This document shows positions 29,512-38,759 of a DNA stretch of 64,000 bases, piece by piece (the first letter of the stretch is position 1; every line of letters begins with the position of its first letter). Made by a program: the position numbers and the translations under genes. The notes below the pieces were generated by a model. That model was given only the letters and a program-made list of their open reading frames with translations, did not search any database and was not told the origin of the DNA. Source of the stretch: Candidatus Kapaibacterium sp. (GTDB lineage Bacteria > Bacteroidota > Ignavibacteria > Kapaibacteriales > UBA7675); NCBI GenBank assembly GCA_028284775.1, contig JANQRB010000044.1:65342-129341 (forward strand), written 5' to 3'.

Positions 29512-32500
29512 ATGACCCGCCAACTAGTTTACTTGCTAGTATCTGCACTGTTTGCACCAATTGCGACCGTTTATGCCGATGAATTTCCGGACGGACCCGG
29601 CGACCCCTCTTGTCCCGATGATATGGCGACCGGCGCCATCTTCAAAATTTCGCTGCTCAACCAGGGTGTTAATCTAGTAGTGGAGTTGTCGGACGATCAT
29701 ACGATAGTCGGTCGCAGTAATCCGCACAAAGAGGGTGACGCAGCCGACGATGGCGCTCTGATATGCGGCGCAGGTGTTGCGCCTTTCGAGGACATGCTCC
29801 AGTTAGTACCCGACCCATGTCGTCAGCCTAATGATTGGGTGGAATCACCCGTCAGCCGGCGTGAAGTGCACACACAAATACTCGCATTGGAGTTAAAAAG
29901 TGACGACAACAGTGTTATTGTGCGGGCTGGGCAGCCCTTCCTGAATTCGGTTAAGGGCACAGCCCAAGAACGCTTTTTTCGCTATAGTATTGGTGAAGTT
30001 GCCTCAGAATATGACGGCAGTCCGGTCGATTTTTCAAAAGACTTCAGTGCCAAGAGTTATTTCAATGTTTACATCGAAGTTGAAATATTGCTTGGGCCCG
30101 GCCAGACTGTTAAACTCTACAACAAATCGCCAATGGTGCTCAGCTCAGAGCTCACGCAGTTCCCACCGGATTTCGATCTTCCGCAATCGACTTACATTCA
30201 CGATCCCTCGTTCGGTCCGGTTGCACTCTACGATGCGGCCGGTAATCTCTACGCTTATCTCTCGAGCGCGGGCCACGGTTCAACCACGCCTTCAACAAAC
30301 CAGGGCTTCAACAATATCTCCAATGCCGATCCATTGACAAGTCCAGTGTGTTTCGCTGTTGACCGGCAAAGTGACGGCACGAGTGTCGCCATACCAAATC
30401 ATGTCGCGGAGGACTTTGGCCATACTTCACATGTCCTGACGATCTATCAGTCCGCGACAACGGCCAGTGGCGGCGCACCGAATTTGCGAAACGTCCGCAA
30501 GCTTGTCGGCGCTACGGGTGGCACGATCCCGCCAAACTTCGCCACTGACGATGCGATTAACAGCATATCCTTCGGAGTGGACGGCACTATCCGTCCCTAT
30601 CAACCTGCCACAGTATGTTCGCAGCACCCAGGCGTACTGTTCTTTTCCGTTTCGCGTCAATCAACCGGTGTTTCCTGTTCGGATGTCCACCGTAACGCAA
30701 CCGGTTTATCGATTGCTATCGGCGAAGCCGCGGCCGACATTTACGCCTCGCGCGTCGGCAGTTTCGGTCACTACAGTACAACTGATGCAGTCAGCCCGCC
30801 TACCGGCAATAATGTACTGGTGACGGACAATACAGACCTGGGGCTCGTGAGTATGAGTTCCGGTGTTACGCAAGCGAACCTCACAAGCCTGGAGTTGGCA
30901 AACTTCAGCACCACGGGCAGCAGACGCAGTTTTGTGTATCTCAGCCTGACCGGTCCCTCCTTCACCGATAGTCGCGCCACGATTTATGTTTACGATCCCG
31001 CCGACGGCGTTTTTCATCAAAGCAATCTCACGACCTTTGCAACTTTGGCGTCGCTTGGCTTGCAGACGGGTGATATTATCGATGCTTTAGCCGTCTCCGA
31101 CGTCGACCCCTCACAGCAATGTCCACCCACTTCCAATCGAACGATGGATGCAGGTGTAGACCAGGTCTTGTTTTCACTGGCGCCGGGTTCACCCAGCCTG
31201 ACAGGTCAGCGTTCCGCCGCCGACATATTCAAATCGGATTTTGATGGTAGTTTTGCCGAGTTTTGCTCCTACGCCGATTTGGGTTTGTTGCCAACGGACG
31301 ATGTCGATGCGATCGACATCAAACCGATCACGGCGCCCTTTCTACGCTACGACTACCAGAGCTCGGGCGCCAAGACGAGCCTGGATGTCACACTCACGGT
31401 TTCACAGATTGTCAATATTAACTCGGAACGCAGAGGAGGTCGTTATCCATTTGCCTATACAACAATCTCGGGCAGCTTGCCGGGTGGTTTAGCGCTCAAT
31501 CCTCTCACGGGCAATATCAGTGGATCTCCGACTTCAGCACAGGTTAGTCCTCAATCTGTCGATTTTCGTGTGACGGATTTTGACAATTTCACATCCGATG
31601 CTCAAATAGTGTTTATCATCAACCCCGCGCCTACGATCAGCTATCCTACGTCGAATACGATTGCCACAAATCAATCGGTGAGCATCCCGGCAATTGTTAG
31701 CGGCGGCACAGGACCATTTACATTTGGCACGATCGCCGGCGCTCTGCCCGACGGCCTCAGCCTGAATGTGTCGGACGGTACGGTCAGCGGCATTCCCTTA
31801 ATGAATGGAAGCTACACGACAACAATCGAATTGACGGATGCCAATGGTGTAGTGTCAAGTGCAAGTCTTACGATTCATGTCGTTACACAAGCCACAATCC
31901 CCACGGCCATTAATCTCAGGCTTGCGCTGCAGGGGGCGCAAAACGGCGCAAGCTCCGGTACGATAATGAATACCGGATTAAACAATGTTAACCTGCTGCC
32001 ATTAAGCGACCCATACACCGCCTCGGTAACGCTGGCTAGCATACCCTCGACGGTCGTGGATTGGGTTGCGGTTCAACTTCGCAGCGGCACGGGGGCAACA
32101 ACGGCTCTGGCGGAGGGCGTGGGGTTTGTACGCAGCGACGGTCTTGTAACGGGCAGTGACGGCATCTCGCAGCTTCTCTTCGACCAATCGACGCTCCCGC
32201 CGGGCGACTATTACATTGTTGTTAAACACCGCAACCACCTGTGGCTGATGAGCAGCGGCAAAACGCCTCTCGCGACTAATGCCAGCATTGAATACAATTT
32301 TACGTCTTCACAGGCACAGGCATTCAGCAGTTTTCAGGATCCGATGATTCACGACGGCGCGTTCGGGATGGTTACAGGCGATGCTTCCAATGGCGCAGGA
32401 CAGCTCGGCATTATCAATGCCGCGGACCGCGTGGCCGTCCGCAATGCCTCGGGCAGCGTCGGTTACCTGGATGAAGACCTGACGCTCGACGGCCTCGTCA

Positions 32501-32559
32501 GTGCGCCCGACCGCGTTCTTGTGCAAAACAACTCCTTCAGATTTACCCAGGTGCCCTAA
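29512..32559 (+). CDS. Large secreted protein with 'putative Ig' (He_PIG-like) domains
   Basis: ATG 29512 with AAGGGAGG SD 7 nt upstream (strongest SD in the window) and signal peptide MTRQLVYLLVSALFAPIATVYA. Repeats TISGSLPGGLALNPLTGNISGSP and GTIAGALPDGLSLNVSDGTVSGIP are typical He_PIG motifs. No T9SS CTD at the C-terminus. Confidence 0.75.
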   Translation: MTRQLVYLLVSALFAPIATVYADEFPDGPGDPSCPDDMATGAIFKISLLNQGVNLVVELSDDHTIVGRSNPHKEGDAADDGALICGAGVAPFEDMLQLVPDPCRQPNDWVESPVSRREVHTQILALELKSDDNSVIVRAGQPFLNSVKGTAQERFFRYSIGEVASEYDGSPVDFSKDFSAKSYFNVYIEVEILLGPGQTVKLYNKSPMVLSSELTQFPPDFDLPQSTYIHDPSFGPVALYDAAGNLYAYLSSAGHGSTTPSTNQGFNNISNADPLTSPVCFAVDRQSDGTSVAIPNHVAEDFGHTSHVLTIYQSATTASGGAPNLRNVRKLVGATGGTIPPNFATDDAINSISFGVDGTIRPYQPATVCSQHPGVLFFSVSRQSTGVSCSDVHRNATGLSIAIGEAAADIYASRVGSFGHYSTTDAVSPPTGNNVLVTDNTDLGLVSMSSGVTQANLTSLELANFSTTGSRRSFVYLSLTGPSFTDSRATIYVYDPADGVFHQSNLTTFATLASLGLQTGDIIDALAVSDVDPSQQCPPTSNRTMDAGVDQVLFSLAPGSPSLTGQRSAADIFKSDFDGSFAEFCSYADLGLLPTDDVDAIDIKPITAPFLRYDYQSSGAKTSLDVTLTVSQIVNINSERRGGRYPFAYTTISGSLPGGLALNPLTGNISGSPTSAQVSPQSVDFRVTDFDNFTSDAQIVFIINPAPTISYPTSNTIATNQSVSIPAIVSGGTGPFTFGTIAGALPDGLSLNVSDGTVSGIPLMNGSYTTTIELTDANGVVSSASLTIHVVTQATIPTAINLRLALQGAQNGASSGTIMNTGLNNVNLLPLSDPYTASVTLASIPSTVVDWVAVQLRSGTGATTALAEGVGFVRSDGLVTGSDGISQLLFDQSTLPPGDYYIVVKHRNHLWLMSSGKTPLATNASIEYNFTSSQAQAFSSFQDPMIHDGAFGMVTGDASNGAGQLGIINAADRVAVRNASGSVGYLDEDLTLDGLVSAPDRVLVQNNSFRFTQVP

Positions 32560-32904
32560 GTGTAGCCGCTTTTTGTGGTCGGCAAGCAGATCCACTATCC
32601 CTGTGATCTGCTTGCCGGCGGCTGCTGAATAGAGTAGTAAAGCGAGCAAGCAGCCTTCAATTGAACTGTTGTGAAGACAAAGTCTCTCATTAGACTGCTC
32701 GCCGGAACTGAATGGAAGAATAGCACAGCTGTTGATCTTCGCTTTTTTCATCGATCGTGCCACAAGTATGCAATGCTCCAAACATTTGAATCCGGTTTAA
32801 TTTTTGCATTGGAAGTTGGCTGAATTATCCATAGCCTTGCGCAACCTTACAGGCAGCCTGATTAATTACACTTTCCTATCAGAGTTCGTAAAAGGAAAAA
32901 AATT

Positions 32905-33270
32905 ATGAAAGGCACTCTCCTTATCCGCCTGTTTTCCCTGGTTATAGGCTTTTTTCTGTTAAGCGGCCCTTCCCAATTCGTCGCTGCCCAATGCAGCATG
33001 TACGCTCTCGAGACGCTGGTCAACGATACCGATTGCAGTTTCTACCTGACCTTCGATGATTGTGATGAACAGTCTTTTCAGGCTACTTGGGGTCTTTGCT
33101 GCCGCAATACCAGCACTAGCATAACAGTTGATGCCGGTAGAGTTCGCTACGACGGCATTTGGTACACCCTGCCCGCGCCGGGCGGCAATGTTGCGATTGC
33201 TTCCAGCAGCACCTGCTCCGCGATTATCATGAGCCTCAGCTCCGACGGAACAACACTGAGCTTTCATTAA
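32905..33270 (+). CDS. Small secreted Cys-rich protein (121 aa), unknown function
   Basis: ATG 32905 with AAAGGA 8 nt upstream. Signal peptide MKGTLLIRLFSLVIGFFLLSGPSQFVAAQ. 8 Cys in the mature region (CSMY..CSFY..DDCDE..GLCC..CS). Confidence 0.5.
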   Translation: MKGTLLIRLFSLVIGFFLLSGPSQFVAAQCSMYALETLVNDTDCSFYLTFDDCDEQSFQATWGLCCRNTSTSITVDAGRVRYDGIWYTLPAPGGNVAIASSSTCSAIIMSLSSDGTTLSFH

Positions 33271-33288
33271 ACAAACGATGCCGACTGA

Positions 33289-34122
33289 TTACTCGGCGGC
33301 GTGCCATGCGGCGCGCTGATACACATAGGCCGTTTTCGTCGTCAGCGCAGGATCATACCAGTGCTCCAGCGTCTGTAACACCTCAAAGGTGTCAAGGGCT
33401 ATCGTCGCCAGTTCGCCCGAGTAATGCTCTTTGCTGTCTTTGTAGCGAAAGCTGAATTCGGCGAGCAGCGGCCGGCTGTGGTCGCCCTCGTGCTCATACC
33501 ACAGAATCAGCGCGCATTCGGCCTGCATTCCGGCGGCAGCGCCGAAGTCGAAGGAGCCGCCGGTCAGCACCAGCTCGCGAATACTGAGGTCGCCGACGAT
33601 CAACAGGGCGTCGTCTTCATTGCAGTGGTCGAGCTGCGCCTCCAGGTCGGGAAACAGCCGCAATGGCTCTATCATGGACTCGAGCCTTGCGCTCGCGGCA
33701 ACGGCTGTGCTGGCGGAATAAGAATAAAGGGAGATAAAGGGCGGCTTGATGTCTTCTTCAAATTTAGCTATGCCGTGCCCTTCAAACGCGCTGGCCATGC
33801 AGCGGTCCAGCGTAACGAAGCGGTCGCGGTGACGGAATTTGAGAGTGAGCTCCCGCCGCATCGATTCGAGATCGAGGCGCTCGCGAAAACGGTAATTGTT
33901 ACAGTGCAGAACGCCGGCGCTCGTATCATAGAAGCGGATACGACGCCGGCGGCCGATTGTCGAGGGCGAGCCCTTGAGATCGATCGCAGACGTCTCAAGG
34001 GCGTCCTTGCAGGCATACCAGAAAAGCCCGGTCGCATCCATCATCCGGGCTTCAGGGCCTTCGAACAAATCTGCCTTCAGCAGCATCTTGTATTCACGGG
34101 CGCAAATGGGGCACTCTGCCAT
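33289..34122 (-). CDS. Hypothetical cytoplasmic protein (277 aa) with N-terminal CPIC motif
   Basis: The track start 34131 is GTG. ATG at 34122 (plus 'cat' 34120-34122) with AGGTGA 6 nt upstream, giving MAECPICAREYKML. No recognisable domain. Confidence 0.55.
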   Translation of the reverse strand: MAECPICAREYKMLLKADLFEGPEARMMDATGLFWYACKDALETSAIDLKGSPSTIGRRRRIRFYDTSAGVLHCNNYRFRERLDLESMRRELTLKFRHRDRFVTLDRCMASAFEGHGIAKFEEDIKPPFISLYSYSASTAVAASARLESMIEPLRLFPDLEAQLDHCNEDDALLIVGDLSIRELVLTGGSFDFGAAAGMQAECALILWYEHEGDHSRPLLAEFSFRYKDSKEHYSGELATIALDTFEVLQTLEHWYDPALTTKTAYVYQRAAWHAAE

Positions 34123-34283
34123 ATCGATCACCTGTCTGCAATTGAATCTCGGAATTCATAATATGCGTCCCCTTGTGGACGGCAGGCAGTGATGGAATCA
34201 ATATAGCATTTCCGCCAATTCCGCGAGGGCCGGATTGCGGACAAATCGTCGCCGGCGCGAGCGCTTCGGCAGACGCCGGCCAA

Positions 34284-34622
34284 TCAGTCGGAAGACCCGG
34301 GGCGCCCCCTGAAGCTGATTTCCTCCGGGCCGTACCACGGAAGTAGCTCGAAACTGAAGCGTCCGGCTTTGACGGCGGGGTCAGCGCCCATCAGGTCCTC
34401 GGCTTCCTTCTGCGTTGCCACATCGAGCAAAAAGATACCGGCCAGACTGCCTGCGGGGGCGTCGTCCGGCTGCAGAAAGGGACCGGCGAGGACCAGTTTG
34501 CCGCTCGCGACAAGGCGCTGAATGTTCTGCATGTGCCCCTGGCCGATCGCAAGCGTTGCCGGCGTTTGTTCAGACGTCCAGGCTGCGCCGCGGCGAAGAA
34601 AAGCCATAAAATAGACGCGCAT
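34284..34622 (-). CDS. YciI-like (Dabb-fold) small protein
   Basis: MRVYFMAFLRRG...LVASGKLVLAGPFL...GSLAGIFLLDVATQKEAEDLMGADPAVKAGRFSFELLPW fits the YciI family pattern (GKL..AGP...G..F.L.....EA......DP.VKAG.....PW). The track ORF begins at a TTG (34793) with a 57-aa extension containing no ATG. I chose ATG 34622; the N-terminus is uncertain. Confidence 0.65.
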   Translation of the reverse strand: MRVYFMAFLRRGAAWTSEQTPATLAIGQGHMQNIQRLVASGKLVLAGPFLQPDDAPAGSLAGIFLLDVATQKEAEDLMGADPAVKAGRFSFELLPWYGPEEISFRGRPGSSD

Positions 34623-35246
34623 GACGCTCGCCGCGGCACTGTCCGTCTTTAGCAGACCATCACTTTCGGACGGGGGAGCCGGGGCGGCACACTCGAGAAT
34701 AAGAGTGGCGCAAATAACAAGAATGCAAGTGTCGTCAGAGTTCGCTGCATGGAAGCGCTCCCAAATAGTCAGAGATAGCCAGGCCAATTGCAAGCTGAGC
34801 CCGGTTTGTCGCTTACTGTTCTATTCAACGGAATTGCCTGTTCCTTTACCCTTGCGACCGGGCACAAAAAAGCGCGCCGCCGACATCTCCCCTCTGGCTT
34901 GTAACGATTTCCGGATACCAACAGGCTGCCTAAAAAATGACCTGTTCAGGCTATTTCGCAATCGCGCCGATTTCCGTAATTTTTCGAACACCCACAATTA
35001 AACAAGCGAATCGTCCATTCACAGTGAGCTTAGAAGCACGCCTGGTCTTCTTATGTCATTAACAAACTGGTAATCAGCCGGCAGATCACATGCCTCGGCA
35101 GGCGAGGAGGCTTCGCCTGTCCAATGGACGCAAGGCTGATTACACCACTGCTGGGTCCGCGAAACCGACGACAGACAGCGCGCTGCCGATATGGGCTGCC
35201 GTGGAATGGAGTTATTGTCATTTTTTAACCACTGGTAATTGTAAAC

Positions 35247-38201
35247 ATGAAAACAAAGTATGACGCTCAATTGAAAGGTCATCTTTCCTTTGATGATCAG
35301 AACGTGGTCAGGTACATCAATCACAATCAGCAGTACTGGCTTGCCGCAACGAATAATCCACGGCAGCTTGCCTGCGAATATGTACAGCAGGTGGCGGCTA
35401 CTTTTCACATCGGCGAGAGCCAGGTTAATCATTTACATCAGCGCGTCGATTTTCTCAATCCCCGCAAGCAGGCCATCGAATTCCGTCTAAGCGATGAGAA
35501 GAGCCAGTTCGATGCTACAACAATCGGCTTTTATCAAACCTGTAATAATGTACCGGTCTGGCGCGCGGGACTTTCCGTCAGTGTTAAACAGAATCCGGCC
35601 CGGGTCGTTTTTGCCGTCAACAATGCGCAGCAGAATGTTGCCTGCAGCATGCCGTCAAGCAAACTGATCGATACCTACAAGCGGCTGTTCGAGCAAATTC
35701 AGAAGACCGGGTCCGGCGGTGAAACAGGGGAGGGGGGCGACGAGGGAGATGCTACTTCCACCTTTCTGGAGCAGATACTAAAATCCGGCAGGACCGGTAA
35801 GGTCGGCGGCGGCAAAAAGGCCGGCGAAACGGCCGCCGGCACTCCGCGGGCGCGGCTGAATCGCGGACGCTTTTATGTCTACCGCTACGATAGTTCGCAA
35901 CGACTGGCGGATCATGATCATCAGACGCACGACCCGAGCACAGGCGGTGAAACGGAAGGCCCGCATCCTACACTGCCGCTGCCGGCGGTGCCGGACGCCA
36001 TCAAGGACAAAGAATATTACCTGGTGGCGGAGCTCCTGTTTACATTACCGTATCCGGGCTACGGCAGCATGAACTGGCGGGCCCTTGTGGATGTCGGCAG
36101 CAACACGGTATTATACCTGCGCTCGCTCGTGGATAATGTTAATGGCCTCGTGTTTAAGCAAGATCCGATCACTTCGACCGGCATTCTGTCCAATTCGGCG
36201 GACAAGGACAATATGACGCTCAACCCGCTCCGCAGCGACGAGCTGCTCAGCAACCTGGATGCGCCTGTCGACGACGTTCAATCCTTGCGCGGCAGTTTCG
36301 TTCAATTAGTCGATGACAACCTCCCCACTATCGACGCTCCGACGCAGCCGGGTGGAGATGATTTCGATTATGAAGTGCGCACGAACAACTTCGCGGCCGT
36401 CAGCGCCTACTATCATTCCAACAATCTCTTTGCGACGATCGAAGACCTCGGCTTTAACGTGGCCAGCTATTTCGACGGAACGAGCTTCCCGGTACGCGTG
36501 GACCACAGAGGCAAAAACGGCACGGTTAATGCGTCCTGCAGCGGCGATGCGCAAGGCGATGGTATCGGTCTGGTCGCTTTCGGCCTGGGCCACGCCGCCG
36601 ACACTATGAATCCGATCGGTCGCGCAGTCGATAATTATGTACACTGGCATGAAATCGGTGGCCACGGAATTCTGTGGGATCATGTGGAATCGCCGAACTT
36701 CGGCTTCGCGCACAGTGCCGGCGACTCATTAGCGGCAATCCAGAACGACCCGACCTCGATGCTGCGTGACAAGCCTGAGCGCTTCCGCTACGCGCCTTTT
36801 CGTCCTTTGCGCCGGCTGGACCGTGATGTGACGGCGGGCTGGGCCTGGGGCGGCGCGTTTGATGCCGGTGGCTACCTGAGTGAGGAGATTCTTGCGACCA
36901 CCCTCTTCCGCATTTACCGCGCGCTGGGCGGTGATGCCGATTCACTTAATCGCCGGCGCTTCACTTCACGCGTCGTTTCCTATCTCATTCTGCGGGCGGT
37001 CGGTACATTAACGCCCGGCACCAACCCCTCTGACGCGCTTGGGTTCTGCAATGCGCTTATTGCGGTCGACCTTTTAAACTGGACTTCAGAAGGCATCTTC
37101 GGCGGCGCGTACAACAAAGTGATTCGCTGGGCTTTTGAAAAGCAGGGGCTCTATCAGCCGCCGGCCGCTCCGATGCCGGTGGTATCGGAGGGCGCGCCAC
37201 CGGAAATCGATGTTTACATCAATGACGGTCGCGACGGCGAGTACGAATACCAGAAAGTGCATTGGCATACAACCACAATCTGGAATCGATACGAAGATGA
37301 CGGACTGACAGGCCATCAGCCGCCCAAGCTTGATGAAGTTAACTACGCCTATGTAAAAATCAAAAACCGCGGGACGGAGAATGCGACGAACAATGTGCTG
37401 GTGAAAGGCTTTCACTGTCTGCCCGGTGCCGGTCTCGTCTGGCCCAATGATTTTAACCAGATGGGACCGAATGCGGGCATCAGCGTTCCCAGCGTGGCGG
37501 CCGATGACGCCGAAGAAGTGATCGTCGGTCCCTTCGAATGGTCGCCCAATGAAAACGTCTACGGTCACGACTGTATGCTGATGATTGTCTCGGCGGACGG
37601 CGACCCCAGTAATATCGACAACTTTACGGTGGGTGAGTCGATCGACGAGTGGCGTCTGGTGCCGCACGACAACAATGTCGGCCAACGCAATGTTAACCTG
37701 GTGCCGGGCGACGGCGAAAGCAGAGGACTGATGCTCGGCTTGCATAATGTGGTATTCTGGGCCGGCAACACCAGCCGTCGCCGGGCAGAGATGGAATTGA
37801 AAGTTGCGCTGCCCCGCGTGTTAGCGCAGAAAGGCTGGTCAGTTGGCTTTAAGGACATTCCCGACAGCAGGTTTACGCTTGCGGCCGGCGAACGACGCGC
37901 CGTGGCGCTCCAGGTCACGCCGGGACTGAATTTCAGCAGAGATGACATCGACAATACGCTCGACCGCGACATCAGAGTCGAGCTCTACGGCGATGGCGCG
38001 CTTTTCGGCGGAATGACTTATCGCATCGATCCGAACATGAAGGAGCCGGTCAACTTTCCAGGCAAGGTCAGCGACAGCTGTAATGACAAAGCGCAGGACC
38101 TGCTGGATTGTCTGGACCTGGGCGCTCAAAAAGTCAAAAAGATATGTGTGAAGAAAGTCTCGCTCGATATCGAGCTTGACAATGACTGCGGCTGTGATTA
38201 G
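35247..38201 (+). CDS. Large signal-less hypothetical protein (984 aa) with atypical HEIGGHGILWDH motif and C-terminal Cys cluster
   Basis: Single long ORF from ATG 35247 (no SD). No signal peptide (MKTKYDAQLKGHLSFDDQNV). Gly/Glu-rich linker (GSGGETGEGGDEGD...GKVGGGKKAGE). VHWHEIGGHGILWDHVES is metzincin-like only if one residue is deleted. C-terminus CNDKAQDLLDCLDLGAQKVKKICVKKVSLDIELDNDCGCD. Followed by a strong terminator. Confidence 0.75.
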   Translation: MKTKYDAQLKGHLSFDDQNVVRYINHNQQYWLAATNNPRQLACEYVQQVAATFHIGESQVNHLHQRVDFLNPRKQAIEFRLSDEKSQFDATTIGFYQTCNNVPVWRAGLSVSVKQNPARVVFAVNNAQQNVACSMPSSKLIDTYKRLFEQIQKTGSGGETGEGGDEGDATSTFLEQILKSGRTGKVGGGKKAGETAAGTPRARLNRGRFYVYRYDSSQRLADHDHQTHDPSTGGETEGPHPTLPLPAVPDAIKDKEYYLVAELLFTLPYPGYGSMNWRALVDVGSNTVLYLRSLVDNVNGLVFKQDPITSTGILSNSADKDNMTLNPLRSDELLSNLDAPVDDVQSLRGSFVQLVDDNLPTIDAPTQPGGDDFDYEVRTNNFAAVSAYYHSNNLFATIEDLGFNVASYFDGTSFPVRVDHRGKNGTVNASCSGDAQGDGIGLVAFGLGHAADTMNPIGRAVDNYVHWHEIGGHGILWDHVESPNFGFAHSAGDSLAAIQNDPTSMLRDKPERFRYAPFRPLRRLDRDVTAGWAWGGAFDAGGYLSEEILATTLFRIYRALGGDADSLNRRRFTSRVVSYLILRAVGTLTPGTNPSDALGFCNALIAVDLLNWTSEGIFGGAYNKVIRWAFEKQGLYQPPAAPMPVVSEGAPPEIDVYINDGRDGEYEYQKVHWHTTTIWNRYEDDGLTGHQPPKLDEVNYAYVKIKNRGTENATNNVLVKGFHCLPGAGLVWPNDFNQMGPNAGISVPSVAADDAEEVIVGPFEWSPNENVYGHDCMLMIVSADGDPSNIDNFTVGESIDEWRLVPHDNNVGQRNVNLVPGDGESRGLMLGLHNVVFWAGNTSRRRAEMELKVALPRVLAQKGWSVGFKDIPDSRFTLAAGERRAVALQVTPGLNFSRDDIDNTLDRDIRVELYGDGALFGGMTYRIDPNMKEPVNFPGKVSDSCNDKAQDLLDCLDLGAQKVKKICVKKVSLDIELDNDCGCD

Positions 38202-38231
38202 AAACCATCTTGCAGTTTTTTGGCTTGAAAT

Positions 38232-38271
38232 CAGCAGCCTCTTCGTTGGAAGGGGCTGCTGGTTCTTTTTT
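38232..38271 (+). terminator. Rho-independent terminator of the 984-aa gene
   Basis: cagcagcc-tcttcgttggaagg-ggctgctg hairpin (8-bp outer stem plus 4-bp inner stem), followed by gttctttttt. Confidence 0.8.
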
Positions 38272-38759
38272 GATCTGTAGCTACTTAAGCGGTGAAGCGG
38301 GAAAGATCAATTGTATTCGAACAAACTCAGGTCTAACGTAACACTATCATCATTCCCTGTTGAAGCTGCTGCTTAGCAAAGTTGTCTGGAACACACTGTC
38401 TTGCAGAAGGCAACATATGGCTGATTTCACACCAATGCCAGGTTGACTGTGTTTGACCGATTCTGAAATCGGGAAATCCATTTCAAACCACATCCATGTT
38501 AGAATCGGCACACTTATGTAGTATATGAGTACAGATATACACTAAAGATTGCTTTTGAATCTGCGCGATTCTACCTTAAAACTACTGCCCGATCCTCACA
38601 ATTTGCTACTACGGCACAACGCTGCCATGTATCCCCGTGAGTGAGTTGTTTTTGATCGATAACACAGATTAAACATTGGGAGCGGTATCGTTTTTTTGGA
38701 AGCGCAGCCATGCCGTACACCTGAGTATTAAGACTTTGCCACGCTAATTGGAGTCTGTT

